This document shows, piece by piece, positions 10,263 through 19,756 of a stretch of 64,000 nucleotides of DNA (positions within the stretch are counted from its first letter, which is position 1; each line of letters starts with the position of its first letter). Made by a program: the position numbers and the translations under genes. The notes under the pieces are model-generated. The model was given only the letters and a program-made list of their open reading frames with translations, was not told the origin of the DNA and made no database searches. Origin of the DNA: a virus; the IMG/VR virus record IMGVR_UViG_3300046170_000391. The stretch is one strand, 5' to 3'.

Positions 10263-10782
10263 TGATCATTTCCTCGCCTGATTGAGTTAACAGAAAATCG
10301 CGCAGTTCTGTATCACTGTTGCGCTTCTGTAAATTTAAGTAATCTTGAGTTATAAACAGTTTTCCACCCTGTTGAGTGTGTAACTCAAATCCATCTTGCA
10401 TAATTATAATGTTCTTATCAGCAAGCTGTCTAATTATAACTTCTGAGTTTTGAGTTATAATAAATCCAGAACCGTCTTCTAACTCAACTCCAAAGCCTTC
10501 TTGAATAGGAGCTGCTTGACGTAGTATAAACTGGTCTGACTCTGTGGATAATAGTTGGTCGTCTGCTTGAAGAAGAATTCCAAATACATCTTCGTTTCCT
10601 GCAAATTGACGAACTAGAAAGTCAAGAGCTTGAGTCTGGATAAACTCACCTGACTGAGTAAGAATAGCAGTGATATCACCGCCATCGCCATCATCTACAG
10701 GAGGAGTAGGTACAACTGCGTCTGTTCCAAAAAATCTTTTGATAGATGACAGTGATAGAGCGAGTCTAAGGCGCGTAATCAT
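10255..10782 (-). CDS. Putative virion structural protein with (I/L)TQxG repeats
   Basis: ILTQSG/IITQNS/LHTQQG/LLTQSG; adjacent to the fibre gene. Confidence 0.5.
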   Translation of the reverse strand: MITRLRLALSLSSIKRFFGTDAVVPTPPVDDGDGGDITAILTQSGEFIQTQALDFLVRQFAGNEDVFGILLQADDQLLSTESDQFILRQAAPIQEGFGVELEDGSGFIITQNSEVIIRQLADKNIIIMQDGFELHTQQGGKLFITQDYLNLQKRNSDTELRDFLLTQSGEEMIIG

Positions 10783-11120
10783 TAGTCACGCTCACTTATA
10801 TATAGCACTCCTGTACCTGTGGTAGCAATAATTGAAATATACTTATCGTTTTGCGACGGAACATTGTCTGCTCCCAGTGAAATGTCATAGGGAATTTGGG
10901 CAGGTATAAAATGTGAGTTAGAGGTATTAGCCTCAATAGTAGCTGTCCCGGTTTCAAAAAATGCATTCACCGTAGAATAAAGAGTTACTACACGGGTAGC
11001 GTCTGATATCTGCGGTGATGTGTTAGCTGATGTAGTAAAAGGAACTTGATATCCACGATGCTGCTTGAAAGCTAGTACGGGAATTGGATCGTTTCCGTCA
11101 TCTCTTGGTTGTTTACTCAT
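10782..11120 (-). CDS. Hypothetical virion protein
   Basis: AGGAG RBS, coupled ORF. Confidence 0.55.
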   Translation of the reverse strand: MSKQPRDDGNDPIPVLAFKQHRGYQVPFTTSANTSPQISDATRVVTLYSTVNAFFETGTATIEANTSNSHFIPAQIPYDISLGADNVPSQNDKYISIIATTGTGVLYISERD

Positions 11121-11130
11121 GTCTTTTCTC

Positions 11131-11768
11131 CTAATTCTCCACGAACTCTACAATATAATACTCGTCTGATGTTGAACTTTTCTCTAACACAACAGTATCT
11201 TTTTTACAAGAATATCTGCTTCCTGCTTTCTTACCGATGTTACGCTCAATCTTTCTTTTAACGCCTAAACAATTAGATAGTGTAAAATGAGGAGTCCATT
11301 CGATTGGGCCTCCACCCATTGTCAAAAATAATACAAATAGTGTTTCAGTCATTAGTGATTTCCGTTCTTCATTTCTAGTAAACCGTCTTTTAATTTTTCT
11401 AATGAATCTTCAAGATTGTGTATACGCTTTTCATAAAAATCGAGTGTTAACTTTTGCTGTTGGTCAAACGGTGCTCGACCTTCTTCAATTTCAGTTGTTA
11501 ATTTTTCAAGTTCACTAGCTATGTGTTCTATTAACATAAACTGCTCTGAGTCTGCTGGTAGTGCTCCCAGTTCACCACGAGGCCACTTAATACGAAACTC
11601 TGTGTTTTGAGTTACATCACTTTGCATCATAGTGATCTCTGTTTCAGTTTGATTAAGTCGCTCTATAATGCCAAAGTATGCCCATGTTGCGATTGCCGCA
11701 CCTGCAATTAAACTGATAAGGTTACGCAAGGGTAGTGCTACGTTTGTGTCATCTGATATCTTAGGCAT
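11131..11768 (-). CDS. Two coupled hypothetical genes (11352-11768 membrane/coiled-coil; 11131-11352 small exported protein)
   Basis: ORF track; TM segment; overlapping stop/start. Confidence 0.55.
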
Positions 11769-11993
11769 TCTTTATCTCATCGCGGGGCGGCACCCAGCTT
11801 TCATTTGCTTTGCGCGAAGCGCTTGCGATTTTTTTATGTCTTTCGTCCCAGCTCACACGATTCAATTCGTTATCCACGTGTTGTCGAACATATTCATCAA
11901 TCCACCCATCATCTCGTGTTGGAGCACAGTCCCAGTCATCTGTTGGATCATTGATGAAGTCACCAACCCCAGTCATGTCTTGCGTGAATCGGT

Positions 11994-12443
11994 TCATTCC
12001 ATTAAATCTCGCATCAGCTTGTCATAATTGTTAATCTGTACAGCTACAGCAGGGCCAGAAGCCTTCGGCTTCAAGCTCGTCTCCACCTCTTGTAGATGCT
12101 TCATCCAGTCGAGAAGGTCTTTTTTAGAGTAGATGCCTGTTTCCACAGCTTCTTGTATCTTTTGGTCAATGACTGAATTGATTAAATTGATGCGCTTAAT
12201 TCGATTAAGATATCCTTGCGTGGCGAAGACTGAATCAATGTAGTTCTTCACTTCCTTTTTCTCTATGACCGCTGTAACGCGGTCTTCAGATATTCCATAC
12301 TCATCAGCTATTTCGTTTACGCCCTTACCGGATAGGTAATCGTTAGCTAGCGCAAGCACAACCGGGTCCAGAGGCGGAGCCTCTAAGCTGCGGTTTAGTG
12401 CATCAACAGACGTAGTAACCTGTGTTTTATTATTCGATGTCAT
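11994..12443 (-). CDS. terS: Terminase small subunit, T5-like
   Basis: HTH then EVKNYIDSVF...GY.NR...VIDQKIQEA.ETG, resembling T5 TerS. Confidence 0.75.
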   Translation of the reverse strand: MTSNNKTQVTTSVDALNRSLEAPPLDPVVLALANDYLSGKGVNEIADEYGISEDRVTAVIEKKEVKNYIDSVFATQGYLNRIKRINLINSVIDQKIQEAVETGIYSKKDLLDWMKHLQEVETSLKPKASGPAVAVQINNYDKLMRDLME

Positions 12444-12859
12444 GTTGTTATCTCCACATCATAAGTTATATTTATACTTAGGTCACATACTCCATACGGG
12501 TTCATCAAGCCTTCGTCAGTACGTACCGTAGTTATTACTGCAGACTCAACCTGATGTTGGCGATAAGTTTCAGCAAATGTTTGAACACGTTGCTCAATCT
12601 CATGCGCTAGAAGTTCTGCTGCCTCAGTAGATCCTTCTCCATAGGTATACCCTCTTAACTCAATGATAAGTGCTGCAAGCTTACGTCCAGCACCGCGATG
12701 CAATCGCGCCTCCCTACGGGGGACAAAGGTAATTGCAGGATAATCATTTAACTCGTCAATCCAACGATATGATTTATATACATTACGCGGTTCAACACTA
12801 GATATAGCTTGAAGATGCGTCACAAATGAATTGACAACATCAGTACGCCTATTTGCCAT
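12440..12859 (-). CDS. Tail terminator/completion protein (T5 p142-like), copy 1
   Basis: RRT.V...DYPAI...TDEGLMNPYG motif. Confidence 0.7.
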   Translation of the reverse strand: MANRRTDVVNSFVTHLQAISSVEPRNVYKSYRWIDELNDYPAITFVPRREARLHRGAGRKLAALIIELRGYTYGEGSTEAAELLAHEIEQRVQTFAETYRQHQVESAVITTVRTDEGLMNPYGVCDLSINITYDVEITT

Positions 12860-13287
12860 TAGTCTTCCTCATAAACCATTTCCACCTCTACATCAACTAT
12901 TCCATATGGAGAGAATAGCCCTTCATCAGTTGAGATTGCAATAACCTGTGATCGATGAACTGACAGGTTTGCCGCGTTAGCGGCATAGTCGGTAACTACA
13001 GTCTCAATATCATGTGCTAAGTTCTCAGAATCGTAAATCGAGTCTTCATCACTCATTACATATGCTCTAATAGATTGTCGCAGAGATCTGAGGTGTTGTC
13101 CATCACCTATTTCAACTAAATCTTCACGTGGAGTTCCCCCTAGTGTGATAGTAGGAAAATCGTTAATATCATCTAGATACTTATAGCCACGAGATACTTG
13201 ACTCACGTTAGTGAGGTTGCCGTTGGTAGTATTTATCGTAGATAAACGGTCTACAAGATAATTTAGGATTTCTGTACGTCGGGCCAT
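12859..13287 (-). CDS. Tail terminator/completion protein (T5 p142-like), copy 2
   Basis: RRTEI...DFPTI...STDEGLFSPYG motif. Confidence 0.7.
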   Translation of the reverse strand: MARRTEILNYLVDRLSTINTTNGNLTNVSQVSRGYKYLDDINDFPTITLGGTPREDLVEIGDGQHLRSLRQSIRAYVMSDEDSIYDSENLAHDIETVVTDYAANAANLSVHRSQVIAISTDEGLFSPYGIVDVEVEMVYEED

Positions 13288-13422
13288 GCACGTTCAATCA
13301 CTTCCTCTATTGAATTACACTCTGTGACAATTTTCAAATACGCATCAGATTTGTCTTGTTGATAATTATACCAACGTAGTATATAGTAACAAACCTGCCA
13401 ATCAGATATTTCTAAAAAATTA

Positions 13423-13680
13423 TCAGTAAACCAATCTTTGACCTAATTCGGGCACAGGCAGGTACGTTTCTAAAACATGATTTTTTTCAGTTTGTTGTGG
13501 TACAAAAGAAGGATGCAAAGGGCATGATAGGTCAAGGCATTGAAAACCTCTGTGATCTATAGGTATGCCTAACTCGTCATAGCCTACTGGGACTAACCCT
13601 CCCCAGTAAAAATTACCGGAGTCATCATCGTCAGTATCCACTGTATTAAATACTAAAGGTCCGTACTTGTATTTTTCCAT
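13423..13680 (-). CDS. Hypothetical protein (likely start MEKYKY)
   Basis: GAGG RBS before ATG at 13680. Confidence 0.5.
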   Translation of the reverse strand: MEKYKYGPLVFNTVDTDDDDSGNFYWGGLVPVGYDELGIPIDHRGFQCLDLSCPLHPSFVPQQTEKNHVLETYLPVPELGQRLVY

Positions 13681-13832
13681 ATTTTCCTCATAAAAATTTT
13701 TTAACATTGTCCTAATAGTTGAATTAGAAATTAAGTCTATAGTACTATTCCCTTTAAGGGATGTCAATTTAAGTTTGCATTTAGGCAGTTCGTGATGGTA
13801 ATATAAGTTTTTATGTCTAAACGGAGAATGCG

Positions 13833-14831
13833 ATGCAAGGACAGAGAACAGATATAGACCAATCAAATAAAGCTTTTTTACAAAGGATAAAAAATAAATG
13901 TATACTCAATGAAAATAGTTGTTGGATATGGCAAGGGACTTGTAACCAACGTGGTAGACCTATGGTATCTTGGAAAGGTATGCAAGGCTTAGTATACAGA
14001 TACACATATCTTGCTAAACACGGTAAACCTATTAAAAAAGGACTTTATGCGTGCCACTCTTGTGACGAGAAGCTGTGTTGTAATCCAGATCATATATTTG
14101 AAGGAACTAATAGAGATAATCAAATAGACTTTATGATAAAGAATGAGGGAATTATACATAATGGTTTTAATACCTATGGAGATAAGTACTGGGATGGAAG
14201 ACCAAAGATAGAATTAAAATTAATGATACCTTCAAATCTATCGGATGAAGAACGCTTTAAATGGTATAGGGATAAATATTGTCATCATGACGAAAATGGT
14301 TGTTGGATCTGGTTAAGAGAAGTTGGAGAAGACGGTTATGGTCGACTTAAGTATAGATCAAAGAAACATCAATCTCATAGAGTGATGTGGATGTTAGCTA
14401 ATGATAAAACTCCAGAAGACTTAGAACAGCTTAAAAAAGACAACCTGGTAGTAGGGCATGTATGCCCAGTAGAAGGAGCGCCTAACAAAGCTTGTTGTAA
14501 TCCTGACCATTTAGAAATCAGAACTCGATCACAAAATGGATTAGATACAAGAAGCTACTCAAAGCAAAGAAAGGAAGAACTGTACACAGACGAACAACTT
14601 TACGAGTGGCTTCACATTTATGAATTTGTAATAAATGAGTTGGGAGAAAATCATAAACTACTTAAATCGGCTAATGGAGGTAAGAATTACAAATTAATAG
14701 CAGATGGATTAATAGATTTAGGACTCGTTAATGAAAATATACGCTGTCAGTATCTAAAAGATTTATTAAGAGGTAAAAGTGCAAAACATATTCATAATGA
14801 GTTTTTTGATTGGACTCCATTATGGAAGTGA
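13833..14831 (+). CDS. Homing endonuclease with two HNH / zinc-loop domains
   Basis: Twice CWIW...(H/Y)R...H.C...CCNPDH....T..N. Confidence 0.85.
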   Translation: MQGQRTDIDQSNKAFLQRIKNKCILNENSCWIWQGTCNQRGRPMVSWKGMQGLVYRYTYLAKHGKPIKKGLYACHSCDEKLCCNPDHIFEGTNRDNQIDFMIKNEGIIHNGFNTYGDKYWDGRPKIELKLMIPSNLSDEERFKWYRDKYCHHDENGCWIWLREVGEDGYGRLKYRSKKHQSHRVMWMLANDKTPEDLEQLKKDNLVVGHVCPVEGAPNKACCNPDHLEIRTRSQNGLDTRSYSKQRKEELYTDEQLYEWLHIYEFVINELGENHKLLKSANGGKNYKLIADGLIDLGLVNENIRCQYLKDLLRGKSAKHIHNEFFDWTPLWK

Positions 14832-14938
14832 CTTCGCGTCCCAGATTTTCGAAAAATCCCTGGTCGAGGCTCAGTGGAGGTAAGTAAGTCGGCGGCACAA
14901 CATGTATGGGGTAAAACCCCCCTACCTACTACATATAG

Positions 14939-15075
14939 CCCCTAGCTAACCCCTAGCTAACCCCTTGAAAACAAAGGAAAATAAAAATGACAACCCATTG
15001 AAAACATTGGAAACTATTTTGCGTCTTGCCCTTGACTTTAACCCCTTGGATGCTTATATTATATATATAAAGTTA
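14939..15075 (+). promoter_or_regulatory. Spacer module 1: CCCTAGCTAAC tandem, two IHF-type sites, pre-early promoter
   Basis: TAACCCCTTGAAA 14958, CAACCCATTGAAA 14991, CCCTTGAC..ATGCTTATAT. Confidence 0.65.
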
Positions 15076-15091
15076 ATAAGGAGATTCAAAA

Positions 15092-15322
15092 ATGTTTATC
15101 AACTATCGCTTAAAAGCTAAACGTCAAATGGCAATCTTTGCTACTCTCGGCTTCGCTGGCTTCGCTCTTATCGTGATGTCTGGCTTGGCTATGGCTACAA
15201 CCCCTCACCAGGACTTTGCTTTTTGGGCAATGATGGGCGTTGGCATGGTTGGGTTCTTCACTCTGTTCTGGTCAATCCTTGGTTTTATCTTTGGTTTGAT
15301 CGACTACAAATCTTTATCATAG
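15092..15322 (+). CDS. Small two-TM membrane protein
   Basis: AAGGAG RBS; hydrophobic; followed by further mini-ORFs to about 15660. Confidence 0.65.
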   Translation: MFINYRLKAKRQMAIFATLGFAGFALIVMSGLAMATTPHQDFAFWAMMGVGMVGFFTLFWSILGFIFGLIDYKSLS

Positions 15323-15664
15323 GAGTTACCATGATTGAAATTTTCATAGCACTTGAAATTGGTTATATCATCTATCTAATGGCTCAATAGGAGGCGTAAT
15401 GTTCCATTATAAAGAAATTAAAGAAGCAATCGTCGAACACAAAATCGGCTCGGCTATTGTAGGTTCCACTACAACTTATCTGATTTGGTTTGCTGGATCA
15501 GTTTTAATGGGGGCATTTTAATGGATTTTGATCTAGACCAAATAGAAAAAGAAATGGACAAGATGACAAAAGAAATGTCATTAGAAGAAATCGCGGCAAT
15601 GGAAAAAGAAATTGTCGAGGGCTTCGGCCAATCATTCGAGGATATATTCGGGGCTGACTAGCCC

Positions 15665-15890
15665 CGATTTTCTTATATAATACAAACACTTACGGCAATT
15701 GGCGCCGGCCCTACAAAAAACTCAATGATTACAATGCCTTAGCTACCCCAAGGCATACCCGGCGATTTGCCTCTAAGTCATTGATTTTATTAGATAATAA
15801 AAATGATAACTCATTGATTTCATTGGAAACTATTTTCACCTTACCCCTTGATTTTTACCCTTACAATGCTTATATATAATATATAGAAAG
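15665..15890 (+). promoter_or_regulatory. Spacer module 2: four IHF-type sites, GGCGCCGGCC, promoter
   Basis: Exact WATCAA-N4-TTR (reverse) at 15774 and 15807; near matches at 15680 and 15729. Confidence 0.7.
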
Positions 15891-15911
15891 AAACATTAAA
15901 GGAATAAATAA

Positions 15912-16382
15912 ATGACTATCAAAAATATCACAATCTTTGACCTAGACGGAACCATTATCGATAGCTCGCATCGCCAAGCTACACTTCCAGATGGCACGTT
16001 AAATCTGCCAGCGTGGATTGAAAATTCCACAGCTGAAAAGATTTTTGGTGATACTGTTTTACCATTAGCTACACAGGTTCGTCGTCGTCAAAAGGCTGGC
16101 GATTATGTTATGGTTTGCACAGCTCGCAATATGAGCGATGCAGATTTTGAATTTCTGCAAGATGTCGGCATTTGCCCTCACAAGATTATCAGTCGTCCAG
16201 ATGGCAATCAAACGCCAGATGGTGAGTTAAAAGCGAAACAACTTAAAAGCTTTTTATCTCTTAAACAGTTTCAAAAAGCCTCAAAGGTTATGTTTGATGA
16301 TGCGGCTTCGGTTCGCACTGCACTTCGCAAGATTGGAATTGCAGTTATTCATCCAGAAAAAATCGAAAAAAAAGTTGCATGA
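15912..16382 (+). CDS. HAD-family phosphatase, paralogue 1
   Basis: IFDLDGT, CTAR, K, FDD motifs. Confidence 0.85.
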   Translation: MTIKNITIFDLDGTIIDSSHRQATLPDGTLNLPAWIENSTAEKIFGDTVLPLATQVRRRQKAGDYVMVCTARNMSDADFEFLQDVGICPHKIISRPDGNQTPDGELKAKQLKSFLSLKQFQKASKVMFDDAASVRTALRKIGIAVIHPEKIEKKVA

Positions 16383-16444
16383 CCCCTTGACATTTGGGGT
16401 TGCAATGCTTATATATAAGGTATAGGAAACGAAAGGTTGAAATT

Positions 16445-16645
16445 ATGTTTGGATGGATTGGATCATTTTTAGTTATCGCTCAGATGATGGCTTTGACAGT
16501 CGGGCTACCAACACACACTGCAATCATGGTTGGATTTGCTGGGGCTTGTTGTTGGATTGTCCACGCTATTCGGCGTGATGACAAGCCATTGCTTTTTGTT
16601 AATACAGCAGTTTTAATGACTGCACTTGTGGGGTTGATGCCATGA
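16445..16645 (+). CDS. Small membrane protein
   Basis: MFGWIGSFLV... after a promoter and AAAGG RBS. Confidence 0.55.
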   Translation: MFGWIGSFLVIAQMMALTVGLPTHTAIMVGFAGACCWIVHAIRRDDKPLLFVNTAVLMTALVGLMP

Positions 16646-16754
16646 AATATAATATCAAAAAAATTATGGTTGGATTATATCTGGCCTATTCAGTCGCAAC
16701 AGATACAATCATCTGGGGTGGCGCGCTTTATCTCTTAATCAATGGGGGTTTCTA

Positions 16755-17375
16755 ATGTCTGAAAGATTGCAAAATTTTATCAAGTTAAATGAACTCGCTG
16801 AAAATATCTTTGACACTGGCCGCCGTGTTGCGGTTGTGTTAGAGGGGCGCGATGGTGCGGGTAAATCTGGCACTGTTCGAGAAATCACCCGCTATATGCC
16901 ACCATACGCCTACCGCGTCCAACCGTCATTTATGCCATCAAAACGCATGATGAAATCTTGGTTGCCCGAATGGAAGAAACTTTTGCCTCAAAAAGGGCAG
17001 ATGGTTATTTATGATCGCTCTTGGTATTCTCGCGCATTGCTACAGCCTGTTATGGGATGGTGTTCAGATCGTCAATACAAAAATTTTATGCGCGACGTGA
17101 CTGACTGGGAACATGAACAGCAATTTGAGGTTGTCAAGGTTTGGCTTTCGGTTAACGAAAAAAAGCAACGTCAATTATTATCTCGCCGTGTTGATGATCC
17201 GCTTCGCTATTGGAAATACAGCCCGAATGATCCAAAATCGCTAGACGCATTTGACGCGATTACTCAAAAGAAAAATGCAATGTTTGAACTGAATTTTGAT
17301 TGGAACGTGATTGACATGGAAAGCAGGGATCATGGACGCAATCGGGTTATTGAAAATATTATCTCACAACTTTAA
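16755..17375 (+). CDS. ppk2: Polyphosphate kinase 2
   Basis: VVLEGRDGAGKSG Walker A, YDRSWYSR Walker B, K.WLSV, R..DPLRYWKYS. Confidence 0.92.
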   Translation: MSERLQNFIKLNELAENIFDTGRRVAVVLEGRDGAGKSGTVREITRYMPPYAYRVQPSFMPSKRMMKSWLPEWKKLLPQKGQMVIYDRSWYSRALLQPVMGWCSDRQYKNFMRDVTDWEHEQQFEVVKVWLSVNEKKQRQLLSRRVDDPLRYWKYSPNDPKSLDAFDAITQKKNAMFELNFDWNVIDMESRDHGRNRVIENIISQL

Positions 17376-17404
17376 TAAAAAAGGGGCGTAAGCCTCTTTT
17401 TTTA
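17376..17404. terminator. Bidirectional intrinsic terminator
   Basis: aaaaaaggggc-gtaa-gcctctttttt. Confidence 0.7.
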
Positions 17405-17409
17405 TTGAC

Positions 17410-17610
17410 AAAATCCAAGGGCGCGCCGGTTGGACGGGAAAACCTAATGAAATCAATCACTTAGCACTACCAAGACCTACCGGCGGCCGACTCGTAAGTC
17501 ATTGTTTTTAAAGGAAAATAAAAATGATAACCCACTGAAAACAAACAAAACTATTTTCACTTTGCCCCTTGATTTTTAGGGTTAGAATGCTTATATATAA
17601 AGGGTAACAG
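17410..17610 (+). promoter_or_regulatory. Spacer module 3: GGCGCGCC, IHF-type sites, promoter
   Basis: AATCAATCACTTA 17451; TAAGTCATTGTTT 17495; TAACCCACTGAAA 17528; CCCCTTGA..ATGCTTATAT. Confidence 0.7.
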
Positions 17611-17626
17611 AAAAAAGGGTTTACAA

Positions 17627-18292
17627 ATGACTATTCAAAAAAATGCTTATGTTGTCATGGATACAGAAACCAGCTTTCGCAATGGTTTGGTTTTCGATTT
17701 TGGTTGGACGACTATCGACAAGCGTGGTAATGTTCTCGGCTCGGCTGACCTCAATTTCCTTGACGTTATCTGCAAGGAAAAGCCTTACTATATCCACAAG
17801 ATTGCAGGCTATGCCAGACGCCAACGCAAAGCAATCCACAAGGTGACGACTTTTGCGGTTGGTCAACGCTTGTTCAATCTGCACATTCAACATCTCAAGG
17901 CGGCTGGTTATCGCGTTATTCTTTGCGCTTATAATGCTGGTTTTGATTGCCGCGTTTTGGGTGGCACATCTCGCGCTTTTGGTTGTGGCAAATTTTTGAG
18001 ACACTCGGTTGAGTTGCTAGACATTTGGGGTAATTGGGCGTTATCTGCTCCAAAATGTTACACAGCCCCAGCGACAGCAAGCGGCAAATTTTTGTCCACC
18101 ACTGCCCAGAATGTTTATCGCTTTGAAAGCCAACAGCCAGATTTTATCGAGGCGCATACCGCATATGAGGATACCACTATCGAGGCAGAAATTTTGCTCA
18201 AGATTTTGAGGCGTAAAAAGAGGCTGAAGGTTGTCAAAACCCCACGCGAATTTGATGCTCAGATTTGGGAAAAATTTCCAGTTGCGGCTTAA
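17627..18292 (+). CDS. DEDDh 3'-5' exonuclease
   Basis: DTET, AYNAGFD, HTAYED motifs. Confidence 0.85.
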   Translation: MTIQKNAYVVMDTETSFRNGLVFDFGWTTIDKRGNVLGSADLNFLDVICKEKPYYIHKIAGYARRQRKAIHKVTTFAVGQRLFNLHIQHLKAAGYRVILCAYNAGFDCRVLGGTSRAFGCGKFLRHSVELLDIWGNWALSAPKCYTAPATASGKFLSTTAQNVYRFESQQPDFIEAHTAYEDTTIEAEILLKILRRKKRLKVVKTPREFDAQIWEKFPVAA

Positions 18293-18380
18293 TTACGCAA
18301 AATAATTTCACTCTGACCCCTTGAAAAAAGGGGTTGGAATGCTTATATATAATATATAGAAACAAACAAAGAGGTTAAAA

Positions 18381-18854
18381 ATGACTATTAAAAATATTAC
18401 AATATTCGATCTTGATGGCACTGTGATCGACTCTAGCCATAGACAAGCGACTAAGCCAGATGGCACACTTGATCTTGCCAAATGGTTTGAAAATGCTACT
18501 CCAGAAAAAATCTTTCAAGACAAGGTTTTGCCACTGGCTCAACAAATGAGACGCAGGTCAAAGGCTGGTGATTATACCATGATTTGCACAGCTAGAACAC
18601 TAAGCCAAGCTGATCTTGAATTTTTTCATCAAGAAGGTTTATTGGTTGATAAAATTATCTCAAGAAAACAAGGAGATATGACTCCTGATGGTGAGTTAAA
18701 AGCTAAACAGCTTCGTTCGTTCTTTTCTCTTAAACAATTCAAAGACTTAAACAAGGTGATGTTTGATGATGCTCCAAGCGTCCGTAAGTCACTGAGAAAG
18801 CTAGGAATTTCAGTAATCAACCCTAACAAAATAAATCAGCGACTAGCTGGTTAG
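18381..18854 (+). CDS. HAD-family phosphatase, paralogue 2
   Basis: Very similar to 15912-16382 along the whole length. Confidence 0.85.
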   Translation: MTIKNITIFDLDGTVIDSSHRQATKPDGTLDLAKWFENATPEKIFQDKVLPLAQQMRRRSKAGDYTMICTARTLSQADLEFFHQEGLLVDKIISRKQGDMTPDGELKAKQLRSFFSLKQFKDLNKVMFDDAPSVRKSLRKLGISVINPNKINQRLAG

Positions 18855-18969
18855 AAAGGCATATAATGAAAAATTTTCGTATCTTCTTAGAAATTATCCG
18901 CACTGTGACCCCTGTTGCAATTCTCGCTTTACAGGTTGTGATATTAAATGGCCTATAAAGGCCATATTG

Positions 18970-19175
18970 GGTAGCTTAACCCGCTGAAAACAAAGGGAAA
19001 ATCAGACTGCGGCCGGCGGCCGGCGATTTTCTCAATGATTACAACAACTTACAGGCGAAAATAATTTGAAAAAAAAATGCTAACCCATTGATTTTAAAGG
19101 AAAAGAAAATGCATTTTTTTTGCATCTACCCCTTGAAATTTGACCCTAGAATGACTATATATAATAGGTAACAAG
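18970..19175 (+). promoter_or_regulatory. Spacer module 4: GCGGCCGGCGGCCGGCG, IHF-type sites, promoter
   Basis: Sites at 18977, 19039, 19081 (exact). Confidence 0.7.
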
Positions 19176-19204
19176 GAAAACCACTTTCAGAAAAGGACGA
19201 AAAA

Positions 19205-19504
19205 ATGAAAGCTCAAAACTACACTCCAGAACTCACTGCCTCAATCATCGCTGACTATCAGGCTGGCGTTGACGTTGCCGAAATCGCAGCATCTATCGAA
19301 AAGTCAATTCGCTCTGTTCGCTCAAAATTGGTACGCGAGGGCGTTTATATTGCCCAGCCAAAAGTTGCGGCTCGCAAATCTGATGAGCCAACCAAAAAAG
19401 AATTGCTGATCGAATTGGAATCAGTTGCCCCATTTTCGGTCAATGGATTCATGGGTGCGACAAAACCCGCGATTATGGATTTGATCGCTCACTTCAAATC
19501 CTAA
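19205..19504 (+). CDS. T5 A2-like DNA-binding protein, copy 1
   Basis: NYT.E...SIRSVRSKLVREGVY...KKELL...F.GATK; SVRSKL motif recalled from T5 A2. Confidence 0.7.
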   Translation: MKAQNYTPELTASIIADYQAGVDVAEIAASIEKSIRSVRSKLVREGVYIAQPKVAARKSDEPTKKELLIELESVAPFSVNGFMGATKPAIMDLIAHFKS

Positions 19505-19573
19505 AATAAATTGTGGCTGACCCCTTGACATTTGGGGTCAGTCACCCCATATATACTATAGGAGGATTTTATT

Positions 19574-19756
19574 ATGACTGTTAAAAAAATTTGGAAAACT
19601 GAGGGTCAAGAGGGTTGCGACGATTGCCAGTGGCTAGCAAACGAGACAGATGGCGAATGGCTGATCTGTGACGAATGCGAATGGGTGTTGCATGGCGAAG
19701 ATGACGGCCAGCCAGACTGGGCGCAAGAATGGCATGACTTTGACCCCGAATGTTAG
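19574..19756 (+). CDS. Small acidic Zn-ribbon-like protein
   Basis: CDDC...CDEC; C-terminal DGQPDWAQEWHDFDPEC; AGGAGG RBS. Confidence 0.6.
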   Translation: MTVKKIWKTEGQEGCDDCQWLANETDGEWLICDECEWVLHGEDDGQPDWAQEWHDFDPEC

